A stretch of 64,000 nucleotides of DNA from an uncultured Bdellovibrionales bacterium (GTDB lineage: Bacteria > Patescibacteriota > Minisyncoccia > Moranbacterales > UBA1568). The notes beneath the pieces were generated by a model. The model was not told the DNA's origin. It saw only the letters and a program-made list of their open reading frames with translations, and searched no databases. Of this stretch, positions 46,506 to 55,044 are shown piece after piece (position 1 is the stretch's first letter; each line of letters opens with the position of its first letter). A program made the position numbers and the translations under genes. The DNA is taken from NCBI GenBank assembly GCA_964384235.1, contig CAYLJX010000002.1:4126-68125 (forward strand). The letters are read 5' to 3'.

Positions 46506-47939
46506 ATGAATGAGACGACAAAAAAAGTGCTGATGGTCGGCATTCCCGTGACGATCATCGTCCTGATAGTCACCGTCATTTGGACGACGGGCTGGGGCCT
46601 CAAGAAAAAGTCGCCCGAAGCCTACGCGGTAGACCTGGAGATCTGGGGTGTGTTCGACGACACGGACGCGTACACGGATGTCTTCAACGAGTACCGCAAG
46701 ATCAACCCATACGTACGGAGCATCGAGTATCGCAAGATGTCCCCGGAGACCTACCGGGAGGATCTCCTCAACGCCTTGGCGGCCGGCAAGGGACCGGACC
46801 TCTTCATGATCCGGAACGCCTGGCGACCCTCCTTCGAGGACAAGATCGCTCCGGCTCCCGATATCCTCCTCAACGAACAGCAGTACCGGGAGAAGCTGGT
46901 CGACGTGGCGGCGAACGACTTCCTCAGTCAGGACAAGAAGATCTACGGTCTGCCGCTCTCGGTCGATTCCCTCGCTCTCTATTACAACAAGGATCTCTTC
47001 AATGCGGCCGGTATCGCGACGCCGCCCTCGACTTGGGAAGAAGTCCTGGAGGACGCGAAGCGGCTCTCGCGGGTGGATCAGTTCGGCAACGTCACCCAGT
47101 CCGGCATCGCCATGGGAACGGCCTACAATATCAACCGCTCGACGGACGTGTTGACGGCGCTCCTATTCCAGCTGGGTGCGAATCTCGGTAGTACCCCTGA
47201 TGCGCCGGCGGTACTGAGTGATGAGAAGGGACGCCAGGCACTCGAATTTTACACGCAGTTCGCGAACGGCAGTTCCTCGTTCTACTCTTGGAATCCGCGC
47301 CTCCACTACTCTATCGACGCTTTCTACGAGGGGACGCTCGGCATGATGGTCAATTATTCCTGGCACTACCAGACCATCAAACAGAAGAACGCCAAGCTCA
47401 ATTTCGGTACGGCACCACTCCCGCAGTTCGCCGGCACCGCGTCGCAGAATTTCGCCAACTACTGGGGCTATGCCGTCTCCAAGAACAAGGTCGCCGTGGC
47501 GCCCGTCGGACAGGAGAACGTGAAGATCGATCAGGAGAAACAGAACTATCTGCGTGTCCATGAGGCCTGGCAGCTCCTCAAGTTCATGGGTATGCCGCAT
47601 CCGGACAAGAAGGTGACGCTCATGAACGGCATTACCGGCAATACCAAGGATTTCCCCATCGCTATCGATCCGACCCAGAAGTACCTGGAACGGACCATGA
47701 AGCCGGCCGCTCGTCGCGACCTCATCGAGGCCCAGAAAACCGATGTCGTGCTCTCACCGTTCGCTTTCGGCAATCTCATCGCCAAGGACTGGTACCAGGG
47801 GAGTCCGGAAGCGGTGGAGACCATCCTCGCGGAACTCATTGATACCGTGAACAAAGGGGAAAAGAGCATCTATGATGCCCTGAACGCGGCCAATAACCGC
47901 ATCAATCTGGAGCGGCGCTCCGGCGCATTTGACTTCTGA
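46506..47939 (+). CDS. extracellular solute-binding protein (sugar-type SBP_bac_1), membrane anchored
   Basis: ALAAGKGPDLF, YGLPLSVDSLALYYNKDLF..AG..PP.TWEE, F.EG.LGM, APLPQ. Confidence 0.85.
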   Translation: MNETTKKVLMVGIPVTIIVLIVTVIWTTGWGLKKKSPEAYAVDLEIWGVFDDTDAYTDVFNEYRKINPYVRSIEYRKMSPETYREDLLNALAAGKGPDLFMIRNAWRPSFEDKIAPAPDILLNEQQYREKLVDVAANDFLSQDKKIYGLPLSVDSLALYYNKDLFNAAGIATPPSTWEEVLEDAKRLSRVDQFGNVTQSGIAMGTAYNINRSTDVLTALLFQLGANLGSTPDAPAVLSDEKGRQALEFYTQFANGSSSFYSWNPRLHYSIDAFYEGTLGMMVNYSWHYQTIKQKNAKLNFGTAPLPQFAGTASQNFANYWGYAVSKNKVAVAPVGQENVKIDQEKQNYLRVHEAWQLLKFMGMPHPDKKVTLMNGITGNTKDFPIAIDPTQKYLERTMKPAARRDLIEAQKTDVVLSPFAFGNLIAKDWYQGSPEAVETILAELIDTVNKGEKSIYDALNAANNRINLERRSGAFDF

Positions 47940-47957
47940 TGAGTCTCGGGGTATACT
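47929..47957 (+). promoter_or_regulatory. sigma70 promoter of typA
   Basis: TTGACT-17 nt-TATACT. Confidence 0.6.
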
Positions 47958-48065
47958 GAGTTAACCGATTGAAGGCGTTTCCACGCCTTTTTTGGTTCTC
48001 TGGTTCTCGACGAAGAACCACCCTGAGTCATTCGAAGGGCCGATTATATTTCAATACTATATAGT

Positions 48066-49853
48066 ATGCAGACAAGAAACATCGCCATCATCGCGCACGT
48101 CGACCACGGAAAGACGACCCTGACTGATGCCTTGATGCGTCAGACGGGAATGGTCACGGCCGAAGGCGTGTCGATGGACTCCAATGCCCTCGAGCGCGAG
48201 CGCGGCATCACCATCTATGCCAAGAACGCCTCGCTCTTTTGGAAGGACACCAAGGTGAACATCGTCGATACGCCGGGACATGCCGACTTCGGTTCGGAAG
48301 TGGAGCGCGTGCTTCGTTCGATCGACGACGTGATCCTCGTGGTGGACGCCCAGGAAGGACCGATGCCGCAGACGCGTTTCGTCCTCAAGAAATCCCTGGA
48401 GCTCGGACTGAAACCCATCGTGGTCCTCAACAAGATCGACAAGCCGGCTGCCCGCCCCAAGGAAGTGGAGGAGATGGTCTTCGAACTCTTCCTCGACCTC
48501 GGTGCGACCGACGAGCAGCTGGAATTCAAGGTGGTCTACGCCATCGCCCGCGAAGGCATGGCCAAACTTTCTTTGAACGATGAGGGCAAGGACCTCTCGC
48601 CGCTTCTCGATACCATCTTGGAGAAAGTGCCGGCCGCCGCGCACGAGACCGACAAACCTCTTCTCGCCCAGCCGTTCAACCTCGGGTATGACAACTTCGT
48701 CGGCCGCCTCGCCGTGGCGCGCGTCTATGAGGGCAAAGTGAAGGTGAACGATCCCGTCATCGTGAGAAACGCTTCGGGCAAACAGGAGACCGGACGCATC
48801 GTGAAACTCTTCACCTTCCGCGGCTTGGAGCGCGTGGAAGCGAATGAAGTGGAAGCCGGAGACATCGTCATGATCGCCGGGCTTCCCAATATCGAGATCG
48901 GTGATACCATCAGCGTCTCGCCTGACCAGGAACTGCTTCCGGCCATCGCCATCGACGAGCCGACTATCTCGCTCAATTTCATGGTGAACGACTCGCCTTT
49001 CGCCGGCCGCGAGGGCAAGTTCGTGACCAACAAGCAGCTCCGCGAGCGCCTCGAAAAGGAACTCGAGATCAACGTCGGTCTCAAGATCGATTTCTCCGAC
49101 GATCACTACAAGGTGTTCGGCCGCGGCGAACTCCATGTCGCCATTCTTCTCGAGAACATGCGCCGTGAAGGATATGAGGTACAGGTCTCGCAGCCGCAGG
49201 TCATCATCAAGGACGTGGACGGCGTGAAGTCCGAACCGTTCGAGGAAGTGACGGTAGAGTGCCCCATGGAAGTGTCCGGCACGGTCATCGAAAAACTCGG
49301 CAAGCGCAAGGGCGTCATGATGGAAATGAAGGAAGGATCGGGCGGCTACACGAGGCTCATCTTCGAAGTGCCGACGCGCGGTCTCCTCGGCTATCGCGGC
49401 GAGTTCATGATCGATACGCGCGGCGAGGGTACACTCTACACCCGGGTCATCGGTTTCCGTCCGCATGCCGGCGAGATCAAGAAGCGCGACGAAGGATCGA
49501 TGGTCTCCATGGCGACCGGCAAGGCCCTGGCCTTCTCCCTCAACAATCTCCAGGAACGCGGTATCCTCTACGTCGGTGCCGGTACGGAAGTCTACGAAGG
49601 TATGGTGGTAGGGAACGTCACCAAGGGCTCCGACATGGCGGTCAATCCCATCAAAGGCAAGAACCTCACCAACATGCGTGCCTCCGGTTCGGACGAGGCG
49701 ATCAAACTCACGCCGCCGTGGGAACTCAGTATCGAGCGCGGACTGGAAATCATGGCCGAGGACGAGTATCTGGAAGTCACGCCGCAGTCGACGCGCCTGC
49801 GCAAACAGCTCCTTACCGAGACCGACCGCGTCAAAGCGGCCAGGAAGAAGTAA
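48066..49853 (+). CDS. typA: translational GTPase TypA/BipA
   Basis: [35 protein letters not shown]...ENMRREGYE, LTNMRASGSD. Confidence 0.97.
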   Translation: MQTRNIAIIAHVDHGKTTLTDALMRQTGMVTAEGVSMDSNALERERGITIYAKNASLFWKDTKVNIVDTPGHADFGSEVERVLRSIDDVILVVDAQEGPMPQTRFVLKKSLELGLKPIVVLNKIDKPAARPKEVEEMVFELFLDLGATDEQLEFKVVYAIAREGMAKLSLNDEGKDLSPLLDTILEKVPAAAHETDKPLLAQPFNLGYDNFVGRLAVARVYEGKVKVNDPVIVRNASGKQETGRIVKLFTFRGLERVEANEVEAGDIVMIAGLPNIEIGDTISVSPDQELLPAIAIDEPTISLNFMVNDSPFAGREGKFVTNKQLRERLEKELEINVGLKIDFSDDHYKVFGRGELHVAILLENMRREGYEVQVSQPQVIIKDVDGVKSEPFEEVTVECPMEVSGTVIEKLGKRKGVMMEMKEGSGGYTRLIFEVPTRGLLGYRGEFMIDTRGEGTLYTRVIGFRPHAGEIKKRDEGSMVSMATGKALAFSLNNLQERGILYVGAGTEVYEGMVVGNVTKGSDMAVNPIKGKNLTNMRASGSDEAIKLTPPWELSIERGLEIMAEDEYLEVTPQSTRLRKQLLTETDRVKAARKK

Positions 49854-49916
49854 TTTTCCCACAAGTTGCTCTCTCAAAAAATCCCTTTCGTAAGGGATTT
49901 TTTCTTTTTTCCTCCG

Positions 49917-50081
49917 CTCCCTTTCCCTTTTCTCGCTGTACTCCTCCTCGAACACGTCTCGGCTCGAGCGTCGAGAAACGTCGCTGTCCTGCTAACTCGG
50001 CCACGCGTCACGCTCCGTTTCTAGCGACGCTCTCCCGGACGTGTGACCGATGCCTCGTAAGGCTCCAAAAGGGAAAGGGAG
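49917..50081. repeat. nested inverted-repeat element
   Basis: 15-bp perfect arms CTCCCTTTCCCTTTT/AAAAGGGAAAGGGAG enclosing CACGTC/GACGTG and CGTCGCT/AGCGACG stems. Confidence 0.6.
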
Positions 50082-50168
50082 GCTACGAGTCTTGTTTTCC
50101 GAAAAGGATTTTGTTTGGAGAGAGGAACAGTGAAGCATTGAAAGAAGAATATGCTACAGTAGAGACAT

Positions 50169-51230
50169 ATGCTCAAACTTCTCAAAAGCATCATCGGAAT
50201 CATAGGGCTTCTGGGGGCGGGCGTGCTCGTGTATGGTGTCGCACAGAAGAACGGCGATATTCCGCCAAGGGTCGCGGAGTATGTCGCCCGGCCGGTTTCT
50301 TTTCTTGAAACGACCCTGAAAGCCGACGAGGCGTGTTCGGAGCCGCTCGCGTACCGGATCGGTTCTTTCGACGAGGGTTTCGGCATCACGCGCGAGGAAT
50401 TTTTGAGAGCGCTCTCCGATGCCGAGACGCTGTGGGAGCAGGCGGCGGCCCGGGAATTGTTCGCATACCGTGAGGACGGGACGCTTCCCGTCAATCTCCT
50501 CTTCGATGAACGCCAGGCGACGACGGAAAACCTGAAAAACATCCTTGAAGGGATCCAGTCCGATGAGGACAAGTACGCGGCCGTGAAGAAGGAGTATGAT
50601 GGGAAGAGCGCGACGCTTGAGAAGAAAAAATCGACCTATGAGAGGGAACTCGCGAATTATGAGAAGTCGAGGAAGGAACTTGATCGGCGAGTGAACGCCT
50701 ACAATGAGCGGGTGGCGAAGTATCAGCAGGACGTCGAGTATTGGAACGAGCGGGGCGGGGCGCCGGAAGACGAATACGAGCGGCTCCGTGCTGAGAAATC
50801 AGCACTCGAAAAACTGTCGGCAAGCATCGAGAAAGAGGAAAAGCGTCTGGATGGTTTGTACGATGACCTCGAGGATGATCGGCGTGCCATCAACAAACTC
50901 GTGAAAGAAGTGAACGAGCTCGCGGCGCTCATCAACCGTCTCGCCAAACAGGTGAACCGGCAGGTGGTGGACTACAACACTCTTTCCCGTTCCCGCGACG
51001 AGTTCGAGAGCGGTCTCTATCGTTCCGACGGTCTCTCGGCGAGTATCGATATCTATCAGTTCTATGACCACGATGACCTGGTCCTCGTGCTCACGCACGA
51101 ACTCGGCCACGCGCTGGGGATCGAGCATGGCAGCGATCCGGACTCCGTCATGTATCCCATGCTCGGCGACCAGAAGCTCGTCTTGTCAGAAGAAGACAAA
51201 CGGGCGCTCGCGCTGATCTGCGGAGAATAG
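50169..51230 (+). CDS. matrixin (M10-like) metalloprotease with coiled-coil insert
   Basis: HELGHALGIEH zinc motif, Met-turn SVMYP, N-terminal anchor, central heptad-rich region. Confidence 0.85.
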   Translation: MLKLLKSIIGIIGLLGAGVLVYGVAQKNGDIPPRVAEYVARPVSFLETTLKADEACSEPLAYRIGSFDEGFGITREEFLRALSDAETLWEQAAARELFAYREDGTLPVNLLFDERQATTENLKNILEGIQSDEDKYAAVKKEYDGKSATLEKKKSTYERELANYEKSRKELDRRVNAYNERVAKYQQDVEYWNERGGAPEDEYERLRAEKSALEKLSASIEKEEKRLDGLYDDLEDDRRAINKLVKEVNELAALINRLAKQVNRQVVDYNTLSRSRDEFESGLYRSDGLSASIDIYQFYDHDDLVLVLTHELGHALGIEHGSDPDSVMYPMLGDQKLVLSEEDKRALALICGE

Positions 51231-51239
51231 AAGATGTTC

Positions 51240-51298
51240 TTGCGCGTTTCCGGATCGTACCGTATACTACGTATACCCATACCCAGGGTATGGGTATA
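51240..51298 (+). promoter_or_regulatory. promoter and CsoR-type operator of the copper operon
   Basis: TTGCGC-17 nt-TATACT, then the perfect palindrome TATACCCATACCC-A-GGGTATGGGTATA (51272-51298). Confidence 0.75.
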
Positions 51299-51316
51299 AT
51301 CAAAAAGAGAAACGCT

Positions 51317-53230
51317 ATGAGGAAAATCGTCATCGGGATACCGATCGCCCTTATCATCATCGGAGGAGTGCTTTGGTACGGGTTCGACGCTTTGATACAA
51401 AATCCTTCGAAGAATCCGCTCGGCATGACCAGGGGAGGCGCCTCGGAAACGTCCGTTCCGGAGGCGGCCGGCGTGACGACGGTCGAACTTAAGGACGGGG
51501 ACAGGTATGACCTTGCCATCACGCCGGTACAGAAGACCATCGCCGGACGGACGGTGAAGATGTTCGCGTACAACGGCTCGGTCCCGGGACCGACGCTTCG
51601 CGTGCCGCAGGGAGCGACAGTGACCGTCAATATCAAGAACGAAGGCGATATCGCGACGACGCTCCACGCGCATGGGGTGAGGATGGACAACGCGTTCGAC
51701 GGCGTTCCTGGTATGACTCAGAAAGAGATCGCTCCGGGAGGATCGTTTGCCTATACGCTTACCTTTCCTGATGCGGGAGCCTTCTGGTATCACCCTCACG
51801 TACGGACGGACTATACCCTGGAATCAGGGCTGTATGGCGCTCTCATCGTGACACCGAAAGACGATGCCTACTGGCCCTCGGTGAACCGTGATCTGTCTCT
51901 CGTGCTCGACGACATCGCGCTCGACAAGAACGGACTTCTGCCGTTCGACCGTGAGACGGCCGACCATACCCTCATGGGCCGCTTCGGGGACGTGATGCTC
52001 GTGAACGGCGAGGCGGACTATTCGCTTTCGGCGAAGCAGGGAGAGATTGTCCGTCTCTATCTCACCAACGCCGCCAACACACGGCTCTTTGACTTCGCTC
52101 TTCCTGGTGTGAAGATGAAGCTCGTCGGTGCGGACGGGGGACGGTACGTGAAGGAATCGTTCGCCGACGAAGTGCTGGTCGCCCCGGGTGAGCGGCGAGT
52201 GGTAGATGTCTTCTTTGAGAAGGCCGGACAGTACGCGATGAAGCATGAGACCCCGGACAAAGAGTACGCGCTCGGTACCGTCACGGTTTCCACGGACAAC
52301 GTGAATTCGTCCTACGCCAAGGAGTTCGCGGCGCTTCGTACCAACAAGGCGGTGACCGAGGAATTGGGAGGCCTGATGAAAGAGTATCTCAACAAGACGC
52401 CCGATAAGAGCGTCAAATTCACGCTCGATATGGCAGAGGAGATGCGCCAGGGGATGCCCCACGGCATGCACTCGATGGGAGACGGCACGGCGATGTCGGA
52501 TGAAGGGATGGGCATGGGTGACGACGGGGATGCGTTTGAATGGGAAGACACGATGGCGCGGATGAACGCCATGTCCACTTCCCGGATGATGACATGGAAA
52601 CTTGTCGATACGGATACAGGCAAAGCCAATATGAAGATCGACGACTGGAAGTTCCGGGAAGGCGAGAAAGTGAAGATACGTCTGTTCAATGAACCGCGTT
52701 CCATGCACCCGATGCAGCATCCGATCCATTTTCATGGGCAGCGTTTCATTGTTCTCTCAACCAATGATGTACAAAACGACAATCCGGTCTGGCAGGATAC
52801 CGCGCTCATCGCCAAGGGGGATACGGTCGATATTCTCCTCGACGCTTCCAATCCTGGGGAGTGGATGGCGCACTGTCATATCCTCGAGCATGCCGAGAGC
52901 GGCATGATGCTGCCCTTTACGGTCGAGAAATCTGGTGCCGTTTCGGATAACGTTCCCATAAGGACGATCGATCTCACTGCGACGAACTGGTATTTCGATC
53001 CGGAGACGGTCGTCGTGAAGCAGGGCGAGCGGATACGTCTGCGTGTCCGGGCCTCGGGAAGGGATCACGGCATCGCTCTCCCGGCATACGGGATCGAGAA
53101 GACCGTCAGGGAAGGAACGGAAGAGACGATAGAGTTCACGGCGGACAAGAAAGGAACCTTCCCGTTCTCGTGTCCGACGTACTGCGGCGAAGGACATGAC
53201 GGCATGAGTGGTACACTGATAGTAAGCTAA
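51317..53230 (+). CDS. multicopper oxidase with C-terminal cupredoxin (CuA-like) domain
   Basis: HAHG, WYHPH, HPIHFHG, HCHILEHAESGMM; Met-rich insert; C-terminal DHG...CPTYCGEGHDGM. Confidence 0.9.
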   Translation: MRKIVIGIPIALIIIGGVLWYGFDALIQNPSKNPLGMTRGGASETSVPEAAGVTTVELKDGDRYDLAITPVQKTIAGRTVKMFAYNGSVPGPTLRVPQGATVTVNIKNEGDIATTLHAHGVRMDNAFDGVPGMTQKEIAPGGSFAYTLTFPDAGAFWYHPHVRTDYTLESGLYGALIVTPKDDAYWPSVNRDLSLVLDDIALDKNGLLPFDRETADHTLMGRFGDVMLVNGEADYSLSAKQGEIVRLYLTNAANTRLFDFALPGVKMKLVGADGGRYVKESFADEVLVAPGERRVVDVFFEKAGQYAMKHETPDKEYALGTVTVSTDNVNSSYAKEFAALRTNKAVTEELGGLMKEYLNKTPDKSVKFTLDMAEEMRQGMPHGMHSMGDGTAMSDEGMGMGDDGDAFEWEDTMARMNAMSTSRMMTWKLVDTDTGKANMKIDDWKFREGEKVKIRLFNEPRSMHPMQHPIHFHGQRFIVLSTNDVQNDNPVWQDTALIAKGDTVDILLDASNPGEWMAHCHILEHAESGMMLPFTVEKSGAVSDNVPIRTIDLTATNWYFDPETVVVKQGERIRLRVRASGRDHGIALPAYGIEKTVREGTEETIEFTADKKGTFPFSCPTYCGEGHDGMSGTLIVS

Positions 53231-53242
53231 TTTTCCAAACAT

Positions 53243-53521
53243 ATGAAACACCATCACGACAACGAGCGGGTGAGGCTCAACTACAAGAAGGCCAAGAGTC
53301 TTCTCGCGAAGATCGATCAGATGCTCGCGGAAGACGCCTACTGCGTCGACGTCATGCACCAGAACCTGGCGGTCATGGGACTCCTGCGTTCGGCGCATCA
53401 GATGCTCATGGAGTCGCATCTCAACTCCTGTTTCCGCACGGCCATGGAGGGCGGGAGCGAGAAGAAGAAACAGGCCATGATCGACGAGATGCTTCGGGTC
53501 GCGCATCTCTCTCAGAAGTAA
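53243..53521 (+). CDS. csoR: CsoR-family copper-sensing repressor
   Basis: AYCVDVMHQ...ESHLNSC Cys-His-Cys ligands. Confidence 0.85.
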   Translation: MKHHHDNERVRLNYKKAKSLLAKIDQMLAEDAYCVDVMHQNLAVMGLLRSAHQMLMESHLNSCFRTAMEGGSEKKKQAMIDEMLRVAHLSQK

Positions 53522-53552
53522 GCGCCGATAGGAATCATAATCATAAAAACCT

Positions 53553-54905
53553 ATGCCGCAGAAAAAAGTTTCCATCGCCGGGATGCACTGCCGCTCCTGC
53601 GAGATCCTCTTGGAAGAAGAACTCGGGAAAGTCTCGGGCGTGTCCCGGGTCGATGTCAATCACAAGAAGGGAAGCGCCGTCCTGGTGTACGGGCAGGCCG
53701 CACCGAGCGACCAGGCGATCGCGCAGGTCGTCGAGAAGGCAGGCTACCGGGTATCGGACGGAACAGAGAGACTCCCGATCTTCTCCAGAGACATCGAACC
53801 GTATGTTCTCTTTCTTTTTGCAGTCGGTTTCGTATTCATTCTCTCGCTGGTACTCGATCGCTTCGGATGGCTCAGTCTTTCTTTCGGAGGACAAGTCGAC
53901 GCCAAGAGTCTGGGTCTGGTCCTGTTGGTCGGTCTCACGGCCGGTGTCTCGACATGCGCGGCCCTGGTCGGCGGTCTCGTCCTCGGGGTCTCGGCACGCT
54001 ACAACGAGCTGCATGGCGAACTTTCCTGGAAGGAGAAATTCGTTCCCAATCTCTGGTTCAATGCCGGCCGGATAGGAGGATTCGCGGTCTTCGGGTTTCT
54101 GTTGGGAGGTTTAGGAAACTTTCTTTCCGTCTCCATCGGTTTCACAGGGACGTTGACTCTCCTTGCGGGTATCGCGATGCTCTTCTTGGGGCTGCAGCTC
54201 TCGGAACTTTCTCCTCGTTTGCAGCACATGAGTTTCACCCTGCCCAAGGCTCTCAGTCGCGCGCTCGGCATCCAGCGGAAGAAAGAAAAGGAATATTCGC
54301 ACCGTGGTGCCTTCACGCTCGGCGCGCTCACGTTCTTTCTTCCGTGCGGCTTCACGCAAGCGGTGCAGCTCGCGGTCGTGGCGCTCGGCTCGCCGCTCTT
54401 TGGCGCGCTCTCGCTCGGAATCTTCGCGCTCGGGACGATGCCGGGACTGCTCCTCATCGGCGGAGCGGGAACGGCAATCAAGGGAAGTTATCGGAAACCG
54501 TTTTTCGCCTTTATCGCCGTGGTGCTTCTCTTCTTGGGAGGGTGGAGCATAGTGAATGGCTTGCACCTTCTCGGAGTCGATACGACATGGGGGAGTAGCT
54601 CCAAGCAGACAGCGGAGCCGTCAGTGCCGCTTGAGAACGGCGTGCAAGTCATCCGTATGACGCAGGACTCGCGCGGGTATCACCCGAGCGCGTTGCCTGC
54701 CCTGGAAGCCGGCGTGCCGGTCCGTCTCATCGTCGATTCCAAGGACAGTTATTCCTGCGCTTCGAGCTTCGTCATCCCGCAATTCGGGATCCAGAAGCGT
54801 CTCCAGCCGGGAGAAAACGTCATCGAATTCACGCCCAAGAAACGGGGATCGGTCGCTTTCAGCTGCAGTATGGGGATGTTCCGCGGCGCCTTCCAGGTAA
54901 ACTGA
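53553..54905 (+). CDS. HMA + DsbD_2/TauE-like TM + cupredoxin-like protein
   Basis: GMHCRSC, GVSTCAALVGG, FFLPCGF, C-terminal FSCSMGM. Confidence 0.85.
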   Translation: MPQKKVSIAGMHCRSCEILLEEELGKVSGVSRVDVNHKKGSAVLVYGQAAPSDQAIAQVVEKAGYRVSDGTERLPIFSRDIEPYVLFLFAVGFVFILSLVLDRFGWLSLSFGGQVDAKSLGLVLLVGLTAGVSTCAALVGGLVLGVSARYNELHGELSWKEKFVPNLWFNAGRIGGFAVFGFLLGGLGNFLSVSIGFTGTLTLLAGIAMLFLGLQLSELSPRLQHMSFTLPKALSRALGIQRKKEKEYSHRGAFTLGALTFFLPCGFTQAVQLAVVALGSPLFGALSLGIFALGTMPGLLLIGGAGTAIKGSYRKPFFAFIAVVLLFLGGWSIVNGLHLLGVDTTWGSSSKQTAEPSVPLENGVQVIRMTQDSRGYHPSALPALEAGVPVRLIVDSKDSYSCASSFVIPQFGIQKRLQPGENVIEFTPKKRGSVAFSCSMGMFRGAFQVN

Positions 54906-55026
54906 GACTTTTTCGTTCGGCACATTTCTTTGTTGCAAGCTCCGGTGCTCGACGCCGTACTTGCATCAGTACGGCTTACTCCGCTCCTCGCTTGCGCCTC
55001 GAACTGCACTCGAACGAAAAAAGTCT
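54905..55026 (+). repeat. structured dispersed repeat, copy 2
   Basis: Same core as 6287-6408; closed by AGACTTTTTCGTTCG/CGAACGAAAAAAGTCT. Confidence 0.85.
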
Positions 55027-55044
55027 TTCTAATAAGAAAAAACT

